Origin: Mobula hypostoma | Lineage: Eukaryota | NCBI RefSeq assembly: GCF_963921235.1 | Contig: NC_086109.1 | Location: forward strand, 20,152,001-20,216,000 | Direction: 5' to 3' | Length of the DNA: 64,000 nt | Part shown: one piece after another, positions 37,690-51,563 of the stretch | How the letters are laid out: each line of letters opens with the position of its first letter | How positions within the stretch are numbered: position 1 is the first letter of the stretch | Made by a program: the position numbers and the translations under genes | Notes under the pieces: model-generated | Told to the model about the DNA's origin: nothing | Databases searched by the model: none | Seen by the model: the letters and a program-made list of their open reading frames with translations, nothing else

Positions 37690-38032
37690 AACATAGAACA
37701 TAGAACATAGAATAGTACAGCACAGTACAGGCCCTTCGGCCCACAATGTTGTGCCAACCCTCAAACCCTGCCTCCCATATAAGCCCCCACCTTAAATTCC
37801 TCCATATACCTGTCTAGTAGTCTCTTAAACTTCACTAGTGTATCTGCCTCCACCACTGACTCAGGCAGTGCATTCCACGCACCAGCCACTCTCTGAGTAA
37901 AAAACCTTCCTCTAATATCCCCCTTGAAATTACCACCCCTTACCTTAAAGCCATGTCCCCTTGTATTGAGCAGTGGTGCCCTGGGGAAGAGGCGCTGGCT
38001 ATCCACTCTATCTATTCCTCTTATTATCTTGT
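37690..38032 (-). mobile_element. Young CR1 3' end
   Basis: YKIIRGIDRVDSQRLFP..TRGH.FK..FFTQRVAGAWNALP; (TTCTATG)n tail. Confidence 0.9.
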
Positions 38033-38149
38033 AAACATGATAATAATGAATGCAGTAATACATACAACAAAGAGCGTAACATAAATTCTGTGTGTCACTA
38101 AAGCATAATTTCTGCCTCTCTTTCCACTTTACCCCCCTTTATTCTGCAG

Positions 38150-38238
38150 GATAGTATCTGTTTCAGTTAACCGAAAGATGCAAACAAGGTCTGCAGTTGA
38201 CCAGAATTGGAGAGAGGAGGTTAGGGATCCAGAACATG
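38150..38238 (+). other. Candidate exon in non-repeat DNA
   Basis: ~35-nt polypyrimidine tract ending ttctgcAG; donor ATG|GTAAGC; one open frame (IVSVSVNRKMQTRSAVDQNWREEVRDPEH). Confidence 0.3.
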
Positions 38239-38949
38239 GTAAGCCATTCTAAATCTCCCTGCAGGATTTTAGAGGGATAGACTGGATGGGTCAAGTTGTC
38301 TCCTGCAGCGCAATTTGCGAAAGTGCAAAAAGAAATGTGGAAGTGGCAATACTGGAGAGAGGTCATCAGGGTCCTGAACTAGGGTAGATAACTTCACCTA
38401 CTTCTACACCAAACTAATCACTGAACACAAGCTATAGACTCACTTTCAATGACTCTACAACTCATGTTATCAGATTAATTAGTTAATTAATGATATGCAC
38501 AGTTTGTCTTCTTTTGCACATTGCCTGTATTTGTGTGTGTTTTTTTCATTGATTCTGTTGTACTTCTTTGTATCTACCATGGATGCCTGCAAGAAAATGT
38601 ATCTCAAGGTAGTATATGGTGACATAATTTGATAATAAATCAAATGAACTTCCCCCTGGCAGCATGTTTGGGGCACTAGCCACTCTGTGTAAAATCTCCC
38701 TGCAACTTCCCCACTCTCAGTTGAAAGCTAAAATTGTGTCTGGATCTATCTGCCAATGAGCATGCTTCTACCAGGAAATGATTGCTGGTGCGCCTGACCA
38801 GGGTTGAGCAACTTCAATGTGTGATCTGAGTGTGGAAATTATGTGCAAACGGATCCAAGATGTACAGGGAGAGTCACGATGTAAGCCAAGCATGATCCAG
38901 AATTGTCTTCTGGCAGTTCTATCACCGATATCCAAAATATATCTAATAG

Positions 38950-39505
38950 CAGATTAATGGGTATATTGATGGAGACAGCCGTGAGAGCACGGAGGAACAT
39001 CTGGAGTAACTTCTTAAATGCCCGGTTCGCTGCCACTGCTACTGTGCGATCGAGAATCTCCAGAGCGAAGGCCCCAAAATCCTTGGCTTTGTCTGCAGCT
39101 GGCAGCTGGGGCTGGGGTCGAAGCGTTCGGCAGAGGTGGTGCTCGGTGCTCGGTGCTCAGTGTTGGAGGGTTGGTCGGAGCTCGAAGTTCTCGGACGACT
39201 CAGAGTCGGACCGTGGTCGGGTATGGCAAGGAGAGTTTTCTTCCTTCTCCCGTCTACGTGAGATGTGGGACTTTCGAGAGACTTTGAACTTTTTTTACCG
39301 TGCTCATGGCCTGTTCTTCATCAAGTTACGGTATTGCTTGCACTGTTGTAACTATACGTTATAATTATGTGGTTTTTGTCAGTTTTTCAGTTTTGTTCTG
39401 TCCTGTGTTTCTGTGATATCACACCAGAGAACATTGTATAATTTCTTAATGCATGCATAACTAAATGACAATAAAAGAGGACTGTGTGTCCTCATAATCT
39501 GAATC
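38950..39505 (+). mobile_element. Unclassified CpG-rich non-autonomous retroposon
   Basis: GC/CpG-rich body, T-rich 3' part, aataaa and an (AATCT)-like tail. Confidence 0.45.
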
Positions 39506-39794
39506 TAAAATATGAATTATCTTCTAGTGTTGAGTGGGTTAATCCTCAATCTGGTTAGTGTCGAACCATGAAAAGATGAGATGCTCTGCTGGCGCAGGGG
39601 ATCAGTCAGGTGAGCTGATACTTTGATGTGATGTTTTCTGGTAAGCAGTTGGTGGGAGATTAGTGCCTATTTAATTCCGGATTCAGAATAACCAGCATTA
39701 AATGGACCAAAGAAAGTTGGAGAACGCACCTCCTGAAACATGTATTGGTAGTGATAAGCTGTCCTCTCTGTTCCAATACACTCACAACCTCTCT

Positions 39795-40110
39795 TGGGGG
39801 CAGCGCGGAAGCGTAGCGGTTCACACAACGCTTTACAGTGCCAGAGACCAATGACGGGGGTTCGATTCCCACCACAGACTGTAAGTAGTTTGCATGTGAC
39901 AAGGCCTCCTCTGGGAGCTCCAGTTTCCCCCCACATTCCAAAAGGGTATGGGTTCGGGACAGGGCGAGTAAGCTATGAGCGCGTTATATTGGAGCCGGAA
40001 GCATGGTGACACTTGCGGGCTGCCCCAGCATATCCTCGGACTGTACTGGTTGTTGGTACAAGTGATGCATTTCATACTATGTTTTGAATGTAACAAATAA
40101 AGCTAATTTT
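39795..40110 (+). mobile_element. V-SINE (HE1-like)
   Basis: A box gcgtagcgg, B box ggttcgattcc, V-core; further copies near 21650, 47590, 58805 (+) and 42550, 48370, 55810 (-). Confidence 0.7.
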
Positions 40111-40699
40111 TTACCAATAATGCAACAGCTCCAACTGAGCAAAGTTAACTCTTTGAATGGCGGTGACCATTGTATTTAGATCCCCATACAGTGTGCTACA
40201 GATAACAATGACCTACATTGCTACCTTCCACTGTGTTCACCTCTGGCTGAACCAAAATAAAATATCCCATCTGTAAATCAAATAGGATAAATTGCTAGAG
40301 AATTAATATCTTCTTTTTCTCATTTGATGTTATTGCACCTCTCCTAGAGGCCCAGGTTCTTACTGGGATCCAAATACCAGTTTTGATTTGTTCATTAGAA
40401 TCTAGCATTTCAATGTCTGGAGGCTATTTGATTAGTGTGGGAAGGTCAAAACGAGAACATCGGTGGTATTGATGGGAGCTGTGGCCAACTCTAGGAGATC
40501 AGCTTAATCCTGTCCGGACAGGATGGCTGGAGAGGCTGGATAACAATGAGAAACAGGACATCAGCCCTGGTATCTGGTAGGGCAATGAAAACTTGTGCCA
40601 ACCAACTGGCAGGAGTGTTGGTCAGTCATAGTCATAGTCATACTTTATTGATCCCGGGGGAAATTGGTTAAGGCCATCTTCAATCTCTTACTGCTACAG

Positions 40700-42360
40700 T
40701 AGGAGGTGGAGCTGCCTCAGTTGACTATCACCCAGTTACCACTCACATCTGCTGTAATGAAGTGCTTTTAGAGGTAGGTCATAACAAGAATCAACTACTG
40801 CCTCAGCAAGGACCTAGACCTGCTGCATTTTGCCTGTTGCCACAATAGGTCCACAGCAGATGCAACCTTGCTGGCTCTCAGCTTAGCCTTGCACGACCTA
40901 GACAGTAGCAATATCGATGTCAGACTTCTGTTTATTGATTACAACCCAACATTCAACACCGTCATACCTTCAGTGCTAATCAACAAGCTCCAAAGCTTGG
41001 GCCTCTGTACCTCCTCTGGAACTAGATCCTGGACTTCCTCATTGGGAGGCCACAATCAGTGTGGATCAGAAATACCACCTCTTCCTTGCTGACAATCAAC
41101 ACCAGCATACTTGAAGGATGCTTGCTTATCTCACTGCTCCACCTCTCCCCACACCCATGACTGTGTGTCTAGGCACACCTCAGCGCCATCTATAAATTTG
41201 ACGATGACACACTATTGTTGGCGGAATTTCAGATGGTGACATGGAGGCATACAGGAGCGAGATAGATCAGCTGGTTGAGTGGCATTGCAACAACAGCCTT
41301 ACACTCAACTTCAATAAGTCCAAGGAATTGATTGTGGACTACAGGAAGGGTAAGTCGAGGGAACATACATCAGTTCTTATCGAGGGATCAGCAGGAACAA
41401 GGGTGAGCAGCTTCAAGTTCCCAGGTGTCAACATCTCTGAAGATCTATCCTGGGCCCAACATATTGACGCAATTACAAAGAAGGCATGACGATGGCTATA
41501 TTTCATTAGAAATTTGATGAGATTTGGTTTGCCATCAAAGACTAGCACTTCTCTACCAATGCACCGGAGAGAACATTCTAACTGGTTGCATTACATCTGG
41601 TACGGAGGGGCCACTGCAGAGGATTGGAAAAAATTGCAGACAGTTGCAAACTCATCCAGCTCCATCATGGGCACTAGCCTCCCCAGCACTGAGGATATCT
41701 TCAAAAGACGATGCATGAAAAAAGGCAGCATCCATCATTAAGGACTCCCATTATACAGGATATTCCCTCGTCTCATTTCTACCAACAAGGAGGAGGTATA
41801 GAAGTATGAAGACACACCTGGCATTTTAGCAGCAGTTTCCTCCCCTCTGCCATCAGATTTCTGAATGGACAATGAACCCATGAACGCCACCTCACAATAC
41901 TTTCCCCTCTATTTTTGCATTGCGTAATTAATTTTATATAGAGAGATCTTATTGTGATTTATAGTGATGTTATTACGTATTGAGGGCACGTGGCCAAGTG
42001 GTTAAGGCATTGGACTAGTGATCTGAAGGTTGTGAGTTCGAGCCCCAGCCGAGGCAGCGTGTTGTGTCCTTGAGCAAGGCACTTAATCACACATTGCTCT
42101 GCGACCACACTGGTGCCAAGCTGTATCGGCCCTTGGACAACATCAGTATCGTGGAGAGGTGAGACTTGCAGCATGGGCAACTGCCAGTCTTCCATACAAC
42201 CTTGCCCAGGCCTGCGCCCTGGAGAGTGAAGACTTTCCAGGCGCAGATCCGCGGTCTCGCAAGACTAACGGATGCCTTAAATGTATTGCAATGTACAGCT
42301 GCTGCAAAACGACAAATTTCATGACATATGTCAGTGATATTAAACCTGACTCTGATTCTG
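40700..42360 (+). mobile_element. Rex1/Babar LINE (RT through tail)
   Basis: VRLLFIDYNPTFNTVIP..KL..LGL, YKFDDDT, LIVDYRKG..FKFPGVNISEDLSW; gattctg tail. Confidence 0.88.
41983..42280 (+). mobile_element. tRNA-derived SINE with CORE-like segment and 8-bp TSD
   Basis: A box TGGCCAAGTGG, B box GTTCGAGCC, gtccttgagcaaggcacttaa; TSD a(c/t)gtattg at 41975-41982 and 42281-42288. Confidence 0.8.
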
Positions 42361-42804
42361 GCTGGCTGTCTGGGGAATTCTATCTAGAACCACAATGGAA
42401 ATCAAATCCAGACTCCTACAACTTCCCCTCCCACCACCTTCGTCTGTGGTAACTAAATACTTCCAATAAAATACCCAGGGTAATGGAAGCCACTGGCAGG
42501 TCTGTCAGCATTCGTATTGAGCCCACAGATAAAAAGATAAAGATTTGAAAATTAGCTTTACTTGTCACACGTACATCAAAACAGTGAAAGATACAATGAT
42601 ATGTATGTTTTTGTATGGGCGATCAACACAGTCCAAGGATGTGCTGAGGGCAGCCCGCAAGGGTCCACTATGTTTCTAGCATTGACGTAACATGCCCACA
42701 ACTTACTAACCTACACTTGTACTTCTTTGGAATGTGGGAGGTGTCTTGAGCACCTGAAGGAACCCCATGCAGTCACGGGGAGAAAGTATAAGCTCCTTGG
42801 AGAC

Positions 42805-43195
42805 ATCATTATCATCAATATCATGCGCCATGTCCTATGACGTAGGAGATCACGGTCTAGGGCCATGACTGTTCTTGGCAAATTCTACAGAAGTGGTTTG
42901 CCGTTGCCTTCTTCTGGGCAGTGTCTTCACAAGACGGGTGACCCCAGCCATTAGCAATACCCTTCAGAGACTGCCTGCCTGACATCAGTGGTTGGATAAC
43001 CAGGACTTGTGATATGTACCAGCTGTTCACGTGACCATCCACTTCCTGCTCCTATGGCTTCACGTGACCCTGATCTGGGCAGGTGGGTGGGCTAAGCAGG
43101 TGCTACGCCTTGCCCGAGGGTGACCTGCAGGCTAGTGGAGGGAAGGAGCACCTTAGACCTCTTTTGGTAGAGACGTATCTCCACCCTGCCACCCT
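42805..43195 (-). mobile_element. RTE-related non-autonomous element
   Basis: Homologous to 20617-21032. Confidence 0.65.
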
Positions 43196-44709
43196 TGGAA
43201 CCAGCAGTGAGAATTGAACCCTGTAAAGTGTTGCACTAACCACTATGCTATCATGCTGCCCCCCCCCCCCCCCAGAGCAGCATCCGTAAGAAATCATCTG
43301 TAAGGAAACGGCTCTAATATCTGCAAAGCATTAGTGAAGAACATCTGTAACACAGCACCTATCGTGTGGATCTGAAACGCAGGACTGGTAAATCAGCACC
43401 GGTAGTTCCACGACTCTCTCACAAACTCTCTGACAGAGTGTTTATAATGCAACATCTGTTCTTCATTATCCATAGCTCAGTTTTTACACCACATCTTCAA
43501 TATAGTACTGGCAACAGCTTCTGCGATTTGGCATCAGCACCACTACATTTGTAATGTAACGTTTATAATAAAGGATTTGTTGCATAGCACCCTGCTCATG
43601 TTATTAAGAACAGCACAGCTAGGATATACTGCAGTAATGACCTGCATTACATCGTGCCTTCATAGAAGTGAAAAGTGGAAACGAGTGAACAATATGTTTT
43701 GAAATACTAGAACCAAAAACCAAGGAGGTGAATTCAAGTTCAAGAACAAGTTTAACTTGGTTGTCATGGGCTTACGTACTCAGAGTATAAATGCCAGGAA
43801 AGTTAGCTTTCTGTGGCAGCAACACAGTATATTACAAACATAAGTTAACATAGTGTAAATTAAAATGAATTATACATAACTTACATGATAAAATAAACAA
43901 ACATAAAGCGTAATGACATTAATGCAAGCTGACGAAAATGTAGTCTGAGGACGAATTAGGGTTCATCAGGTGGGTTCCAGAATCTGCTGGCAGTGGGGAA
44001 AAAGCCATTGTTGAACCTTGGCATGTGGGCCTTCAGGCTCCTGTACCTCCTGCCTGATGTCAGCAATGAAAAGAGGGAATTTCCTGGATGGTGGAGGTTC
44101 ATCCAAGTGAGTTTTAAAGGAGGAAAGAGAGTTGAGAGACTGAATCTTGTTATATATGGGGATGTCCATAACAATCTATCAGCACAATGTCCAAGATACC
44201 CAGAATGCACTGATGAAAACGGAATCTATTATCATGTTAACCAATCAGTGAGTTAATATTATTCATTAGAGGTGTTGGATTGGTGTGTAGAATTGTTATT
44301 TTTTTTGTAGTTCAGCTTTCCTATCCTTGCTTGTATTTTTATATAATCACCTATATTCAGGTGATTATTTAGTCAAATTTCCAGTAATTATGGTACAGTT
44401 GCTTCTGTACTTCTCTAGAAACGTCTTAGTTTTCAGTAGCAGGTGTTGCACTATTTAAATCTGGCTATTTCATAGGCTAATGGTTATTACTGGAATTTGT
44501 GTTATCTGTAATTTTAAATATAAGAACGGTGACTGCTTTTTTCTTTTTGCTCTATCAGCTCTCCTTTCTCATTTGTTTTCTGCTTTTGTAACATTTAATA
44601 AAATCGCTGTAAGCAACAAGTTGTATGCCTCATTCTTGACTTTGGAAGAACCTGTCTCTTTCACTTATTTTACATCTTCTTTTTCTTTTAAATGTGGTCC
44701 TGGTACTGT

Positions 44710-45397
44710 TGGAGCCTGGGATCTACAGTTTGATGGTGTGTTTTCGGGCCGATTGAGCGATCTGGCGCTTTGCAATCTCCGAGAAAGTTCTGGGAGGCGA
44801 GCAGCCTTGAGGCTAAGAAGCTTAGAGGTGGGGCGTGAGACCCTGAGCGACTCCATTTCTTGCCAACCTCACCGATTAAACCATTGAGGAAGATTAAAAA
44901 CATCGAGGGGAGTGAGTGTTCAGTGCCGTTGACTAGCCTTGCGATCGCTGTTGCCGGAGGAAGATGTCTGCGTATGACAGCCCCTCTCTCCCTCTCACTC
45001 GCTGCTCCTGATGGAAGGCCCCTGTATTCAGATGGTCTCTCTCTCTCCCTTGATGCTGTTGGAGTGTGGTACCAAAGTTCTGGGTCTGCGGCTTCTGGAT
45101 TGGACTGTAGTTTCTGCTCATGCCCTTTTCTGATGCTACTTTGGGCAACTTCGAATCGGGGCAGCCTGCAGAGAATGAACACTGAGCTGATCTGAATATG
45201 GAGTCTTTCGATTTGTGTTTTATTTTCTGTGTTTTCTGCCATTGGCACAATTTGTTTTTAGCATGTGAGGGGACGGAAATGTTTTTTCTTGAACTGGTTT
45301 CGTTGTTTTCTTTGTTTTGTGGCTGTCTGTGGGAAGACAAATCTCAGGGTTGTATACTACATACATACTTAAATAATAAATGTACCTTGAATCCTTT
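44710..45397 (+). mobile_element. Unclassified non-autonomous element with LINE-like tail
   Basis: CpG-containing body ending in gaagacaaatctcagggttgtatact...aataaatgtaccttgaatc, a tail shared with 18850-19000 (-) and 4280-4415 (-). Confidence 0.45.
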
Positions 45398-47119
45398 GGA
45401 TTGCAAGAGCATCATAGGTATGGCATTCTGGTGTACGGTTTTAGTGCACAGTTTTATGAGCGTCCAGCGAACACAAATTGTATCATGTGGTAGATCCATG
45501 CACAAAATTCATTTCTAGCAATATTTCCAGCCACATTAATTTGAAGCAAATATGGCACTGTTAACTCTGAGAAAAACCAGCTTTAATTAGACTCAAGGTG
45601 AGCATTATTTAAAGGGTCAGGTCTCTCTTGCAGTCATTGGCACAGTGCTGCCCCACTCTTTGCCAAACAAACCTCAAGTAAACGGACTCAAACCAGAAAC
45701 CCATTGCCACACCCTAAGTGGATTCAACAAGTTCCTCTTCAAATCTAAGTGGGTGGTAATAGTGGAAAAAAAGAATCCTGCAGAAAGACGAGTGGTTCCA
45801 TATTCACTGGACCAGTCTGAGTTAGAACATGGAGACTGACCAAAGAGGTAGCTGCCAGCAAAGTTTCTGTAAGTGCATCAGAAGGACTTCTCTAAACGTT
45901 TGCAGAGTTGGCATCCAGCAATTCGTCCAGCTGTGATCAAAAAGGACACACTTATCAAAAATTAAAAGACTCCCACTTTGCCGATTACCATGCAGAACTG
46001 AGCAATGCTGCATTAGATGAGGCATTTTAGCAGCCTGTAAGCATTCTGGGGCAAGGTTCTGAGAGCGAGGGTGACCATGACTTTGACCGTGAGAGCTAAA
46101 TTGGCGCTTGTGTTTGTTTATACTTAAGGTCTGCCTAGAAAGCAAACATAAGAAAAGGCAGCGAGACTTGTACCAGTTTTGTGCTGGTGTTGGTTGTGCT
46201 GATCTTCTGCACAATCTGCAAAAAACAAGAACGAAAGCATTTCTTCAATAGAGGCAGCAGTGCTGTGTTAGTATACCGCAGGTGGTGGAAGGGGTTGATG
46301 GGGGAAGAGAGGAGTGGGTCATGGAGAGGGAAAGGTGGGAAGGACCGAGCTTGGAGTTCCAAGCAGTGATCTCCATCAAGACTGTGGCTCAAACTTAGTT
46401 ATTTATAAGTTTGTAGGGATGGTTTTGGGGACAGAGAGGGAGTTTGGGCCAGATTAGGGATTAGTGTCATGGATGTGGGGGGGGGTCTAGTTCAAAATCC
46501 AGCGATATGGACAGGTGCTGAAAGACGTTCAGAGTCTGGGCTTCAATTTTGTGCTCTTTGTTCAGAGTCCAGCAAAATGGATGAGCGATGAAGGACGCCT
46601 AGAGCCCAGGACTCCATAATACACTTGGAGGCCAGCGACGCGAATGGCTGTCGAACGGCTGCCCCAGGTTGGCGGTTCTTAGGGATGGGATGTTCATGTG
46701 AGCGGGAGGCACAAGGGCTGGTCAGCTGGCATGCCCAGAGCTCAAGCGTGGAGTTTGGGATCCTGTCATCGTCTACTCTGGAGGCTGGCACCAAAGAGTA
46801 AGCCCAAAGGTCGGTCAGAAGTATAGAAATCGAAGCGTGATGACTGAAACCTGGAGACAGGAGACTGGAGACCCAGGCGCCTGTTCTGCAGTTAAAGAAG
46901 AATGTGTGTGTGTGTGTGTGGGGGGGGGGTGGAGGGAGGAAGGGGAGGCTAGGGGCTTATTTTGCTGTTGTTCTTTTGTTGCTTGTAGTGTTCTGTGTTG
47001 TTCTGCCGAGCATTGTGGGCATGCTACATTGTGGGCATGCTCTGGAATGTATGGTGACATTTGCAGGCTGCCCCCCCCCCCCCGGCACGTCCTGAGATCA
47101 TTTTGGTTGTTAATGAAAA

Positions 47120-47530
47120 TTCTTTGGAGCATAGAAGGTTGAGGGGGGGACTTGATAGAGGTGTTTAAAATTATGAGGGGGATAGATAGAGTTGACATGG
47201 ATAGGCTTTTTCCATTGAGAGTGGGGGAGATTCAAACAAGAAGACATGAGTTGAGAGTTAAAGGGCAAAAGTTTAGGGGTAACATGAGGGGGAACTTCTT
47301 TACTCAGAGAGTGGTAGCTGTGTGGAACGAGCTTCCAGCAGAAGTGGTTGAGGCAGGTTCGATGTTGTCATTTAAAGTTAAATTGGATAGCTATATGGAC
47401 AGGAAAGGAATGGAGGGTTATGGGCTGAGTGCAGGTCGGTGGGACTAGGTGAGAGTAAGAGTTCGGCATGGACTAAAAGGGCCGAGATGGCCTGTTTCTG
47501 TGCTGTAATTGTTATATGGTTATATGGTTA
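47120..47530 (+). mobile_element. CR1 3' end
   Basis: LIEVFKIMRGIDRVD..FFTQRVVAVWNELP; (TTATATGG)n tail. Confidence 0.9.
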
Positions 47531-48001
47531 AAATGTTGCATGTTTCCATAAAAGCTGAGTGTGAATCTATCATGGGGGGGAGGGGTGGACAGCGGTGGGG
47601 CAGCAGGGTGGCACAGTTGGTAAAGCTGCCGCCTCACGGTTTCAGCGACTCTAGTTCAATCCTGACCTCAGGTGGTATCTGTGTGGGGTTCACATGTTCT
47701 CCCTGTGACTGCATGGTTTCTTCTCACATCCCAAAGGCTACAGCTTCAACAGGTGGTCTCACAGGAGGGCAGCATCCATCATTAAGGATCTGTACCACCT
47801 GGGACATGCCCCCTTCTCATTACAACCATCAGAGAGGAGGAACAGGAGCCCGAACAGGGGCTTCCCCTCCGCCATCAGATTTCCGTATGGACCATGAACC
47901 CGTGAAAACTACCTCACTGTTACAACAGGTAACACTGAGGAAACAGGGAGTCCGCAGAAGGAGATTAGGAGAATGAGCAAAGAAGTGGCAGATGGAATAC
48001 A

Positions 48002-48185
48002 ATCACAAACAAGAGAAAATCTGCAGACGCTGGAAATCCGAGCAACACACACAAATTTTAAATCTACTCAGCTTTTTTTTCCCTCCAGTCCTGCCGAAGG
48101 GTCTCGGCCTGAAACGTCGACTGTACTCTTTTCCATAGATGCTGCCTGGCCTGCTGAGTTCCTCCAGCATTTTGTGTGTTGCTCT
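48002..48185 (+). mobile_element. PLE end with inverted arm and 11-bp TSD, inserted in a CR1
   Basis: TSD gatggaataca at 47991-48001 and 48186-48196; hammerhead variant CTGCCGA..GAAACGTC at 48086-48123. Confidence 0.85.
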
Positions 48186-49169
48186 GATGGAATACAGTTT
48201 AGGGAGATGTATGGTCATGCAGTTTGGTAGAAGAAATAAAGGCACAGACCAGGTGCGAATTCAGAAACTGGAGCTACCAAGAGTTCTCGTGCAGGGTCTC
48301 CTGAAGGTTAACTTGCAGATTGTGGTATTAGTAAGGAAGGCAGATACAATGATAGCATTCATTTCGAGGGGGGCCCTTTGTAATGTGGGAGGAAACTGGA
48401 GTACTTGGATGAAATCTACATGGTCATGGGAAGAAAGTACAAACTCTGTACAGACAGCGGCCAGATTGAATGCAGTTGGTGATCACTAGAACTGTGAAGT
48501 GTTGCACTAATTGCTACCCTACTGCGCTGCCCGGTCCTGTATTGGCTGTCACAGGACCAAAGGGGTAACAGAAGGAAGATGGATGTCAGGAGGAGGAAAT
48601 AGGATTGATGGCGGGAGAAGGACATTACAGAATAAACATTAATGGAAGCAAAGTCTGAGGAAGGAGAAAGTGAGATTGGGGAAAACATCATGGGAATGAT
48701 CAGGAGAACGCAAAATAGGGCTCTAAAGTTGTGAAGCAACAACATTAACTGCAAATCAAATAAATACTCATGAGGATTATCAAGGACGTAACACACAGAA
48801 ATTTAAAACCTGCTGATGCTGGTACTCTCAAAAAAAAACAAAAGTGCTTGTCAGGTAGCATTATTGGAAAGAGAAACAGAGTTAGAGTTTCAGGTCCAAC
48901 ACCCTTCAAGGGAATAACAGAACTTGACTATATGGTGGAGGACAAATACCCCAGTGGAATGATACCTCTGCAGGCAGCTCTGTACATACTCCACTGAAAC
49001 TAAAGGCACAAATCTGCCAAAGAGAATTTATTGCTTTACCAGAGAGCGCAGCATATTGGAAAACCTTAATCGTTTATATTCTTGAAGTGGTTCAAGCCAA
49101 ATCCGTTATAATGATTACCTTTTTATTTTTATGATGCCATTAGGAATTCAAAGAGGGAAGGCAAGAGGT

Positions 49170-49380
49170 CTTTCTTCTTCTTCTTTGCTTATTATGCCAC
49201 TGGCATTTAGGGCAGCAATGAAGGTCCTACATCTTTAGCGGTGTCTATGGCTTCCTTCATCATGTCAGTAGCTTCCACTCGGTTTACTGTCTGTCAAACA
49301 ATTTCCGGGTGGAGACTCCAGAATACTGTACCACACATAAGTAGAAGGACCCTTCATTGCAGTTTCTGTAACAGCTTTGT
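49170..49380 (-). mobile_element. RTE-like 3' end
   Basis: Reverse complement reads ..aggaccttcattgctgccctaaatgccagtggcataataag followed by (GAA)n. Confidence 0.5.
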
Positions 49381-49999
49381 CTGAGTTATGAAGAGTTCTT
49401 GAAAGTGAGTTTGTAAGTCATAGAGTTGTGGTGAGTGGCCCATGTCACTTCAGGAACCTGATGGTTGTAGGGTAATAACTGTTCCTGAACCTGCTGGTGT
49501 GGGACCTAAGGCTTCTGTACCTTCTACCCAAAGGTAGCAGCAAGAAGAGGGCATGGCCTAGATGGTGAGGGTCTTTGATAATGGATTCTGCTTTCTTGTG
49601 GCAGCACTCCAAGTAAATACATTCATTGCTAGGGAGAATTATTGCCTGTGATGGACTGGGCTGTATCCACTATCTTCTATAGCCTTTTCCATTTCTGGCT
49701 CCAATTACTTGCAGCCATCACTGAGGCTTCATGAGGACAGATCACAATTTAGGACTCTGCCACCAATGGACACTGAGACTCCTATGTAACAGCCTCTTCA
49801 TGGTTGTATTGTTTAAGGAGGAAGCGTGGGTGATAATGACACATTGCAGGAGGATGCGTTAACTTGAAGGGCATGTGCCAACTGTATTTCCTGTATGTGT
49901 GATTATGAATAAAGTATATTTGTGAAATAAAAAAAAAAACTACTCATGCATAAGGGAGGCTGGGCCCTATTTATGAGCCTCTCAAACTTTTTAATAAGA

Positions 50000-50705
50000 T
50001 TTGGGAATTAAACCTTAGTATTTTAATACTGTGTTCAATTTTGGTCACCCATCTGTTGGAAATAGACAAAAGACAATAGACAATAGGTGCAGGAGTAGGC
50101 CATTCAGCCCTTCGAGCCAGCACCGCCATTCACTGTGATCATGGCTGATCATCCACAATCAGTACCCCGTTCCTGCCTTCTCCCCATATCCCTTGACTCC
50201 GCTATCTTTAAGAACTCTATCTAAGATGTCATTAAGAACACAGAGGAGATTTGTGAGGACGTTGCCAGGATTTGAGGGACTTAGTTATGGAGAGAGGTAG
50301 ATAAAGTTGGGATGTTTTGCAATGAGGAATAGAAGAATGTGAGCTGATCTTGTAGAAGTGTATACAATAACGTGAGACATAGACAGAGAGGATGTGCACG
50401 TTTTTTTTTCCCCCAGGGCTAAAGGATCAAGAACTAGAGGACATGGTTTAAGATAAGAGGGGAGAGATTTAGTAGGAGCCTAAGATGAAACTTTTTCACC
50501 CATAAGGTGGTGGAATGAGCTGCCAGAGGAAACTCATCTTACCATCGTTTAAAATGTACTGTACTGGGACAGGAACATGGATAGGAATGGATTAGAGGGA
50601 CTTGGGCTAAATGCAGGCAAATGGCACTAGCTTGGATGGGTGACTTGGTTGGCATGGACCGGTTGAGTCAAAGGGCCTGTTACAAAGCCGTATGACTTTA
50701 TGACC
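50000..50705 (+). mobile_element. CR1 fragment with a minus-strand CR1 tail inserted at ~50063-50222
   Basis: YCVQFWSP, RTRGH and FFT..VV motifs; (AGACAAT)n tail on the insert. Confidence 0.75.
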
Positions 50706-51169
50706 TTTAGGCATGTGGTAAGTGAATGCGTTGACTTGCTGGGTAGAGTGAATACAGATAATGACATTTTATTAAGTATTACTTTGGAAGTAAAATCTAC
50801 ACTGAAAGTTGCTACTGGGCTTCTTGTATGCCCGTTAGTGCAGTCCTAACCAAAACAGAAAGCATAAGCAGGACAACAACTGATTGCCAATCGATCCATG
50901 GTGCCAGAGGTAGGGACAGAGAGTTAGGAGACATTTCACCTCCTTAGGCATCAGCATTGGGAGCAACAATTAGCAGTCTAGAGAAAGGACCTTGGATACC
51001 TTTATTGCCATTCAAAAAAAAATTTAGAACTTTTCCTTTAAGAAATTTTCCTTAACAAAGTAACTGCGGCCTGTTCAGGTCTGTCGCCTGAAGGGGGTGT
51101 GAGGGAGGTGGGAGATGTAATGCACAAGGCAAGACAGTTGATGTTGTGCCCCTTGCTCCTTAATGTAGT

Positions 51170-51563
51170 GGGAGAGTCAACACCTACAGTAAAGTACTGA
51201 GGGAGTTTGAATAGTTGTAAGCTTTATTTCACCTTTCAGAATTCACCCCACAAACCCACACTCACGCTCAGCACAACTAACTCAGACACAGTGCTGTAAT
51301 TTATAATCGCCCAATTAGGTGGATGTAAGCAATACCCATGAAGAAAGATACTCCCTGTCATGTCCTGATCAATAAACCTCACGAAAACCGGACTATTTGG
51401 TCATTGCTACCTTACTGTTTGTGGGAGCTTGCTTTGCACCTGGCTGGTCAGATACGTAGACTATTCTACCACATTTGAAAGATGTTTCGTGAGCCGCAGA
51501 GCTCTTTGGGCTGACGCATGGTTGTGAAAAGGCGCCATGTAAATGAATGCAAATACTTCCTTC
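51170..51563 (+). mobile_element. DeuSINE/SacSINE1-like relic
   Basis: gtactgagggag head piece; tggtcatt..ctgtttgtgggagcttgct..ctttggg..gtgaaaaggcgcc..aatgcaa. Confidence 0.6.

Noticed and set aside
41983..42050. tRNA gene
   Set aside because: A and B boxes run into a SINE body flanked by a TSD; no clean acceptor stem or T-run terminator
45780..46330. Coding-looking unique stretch
   Set aside because: Plus-strand frames contain stops, the minus-strand ORF (45822-46214) has no recognisable motif, and there is no consistent splice pair
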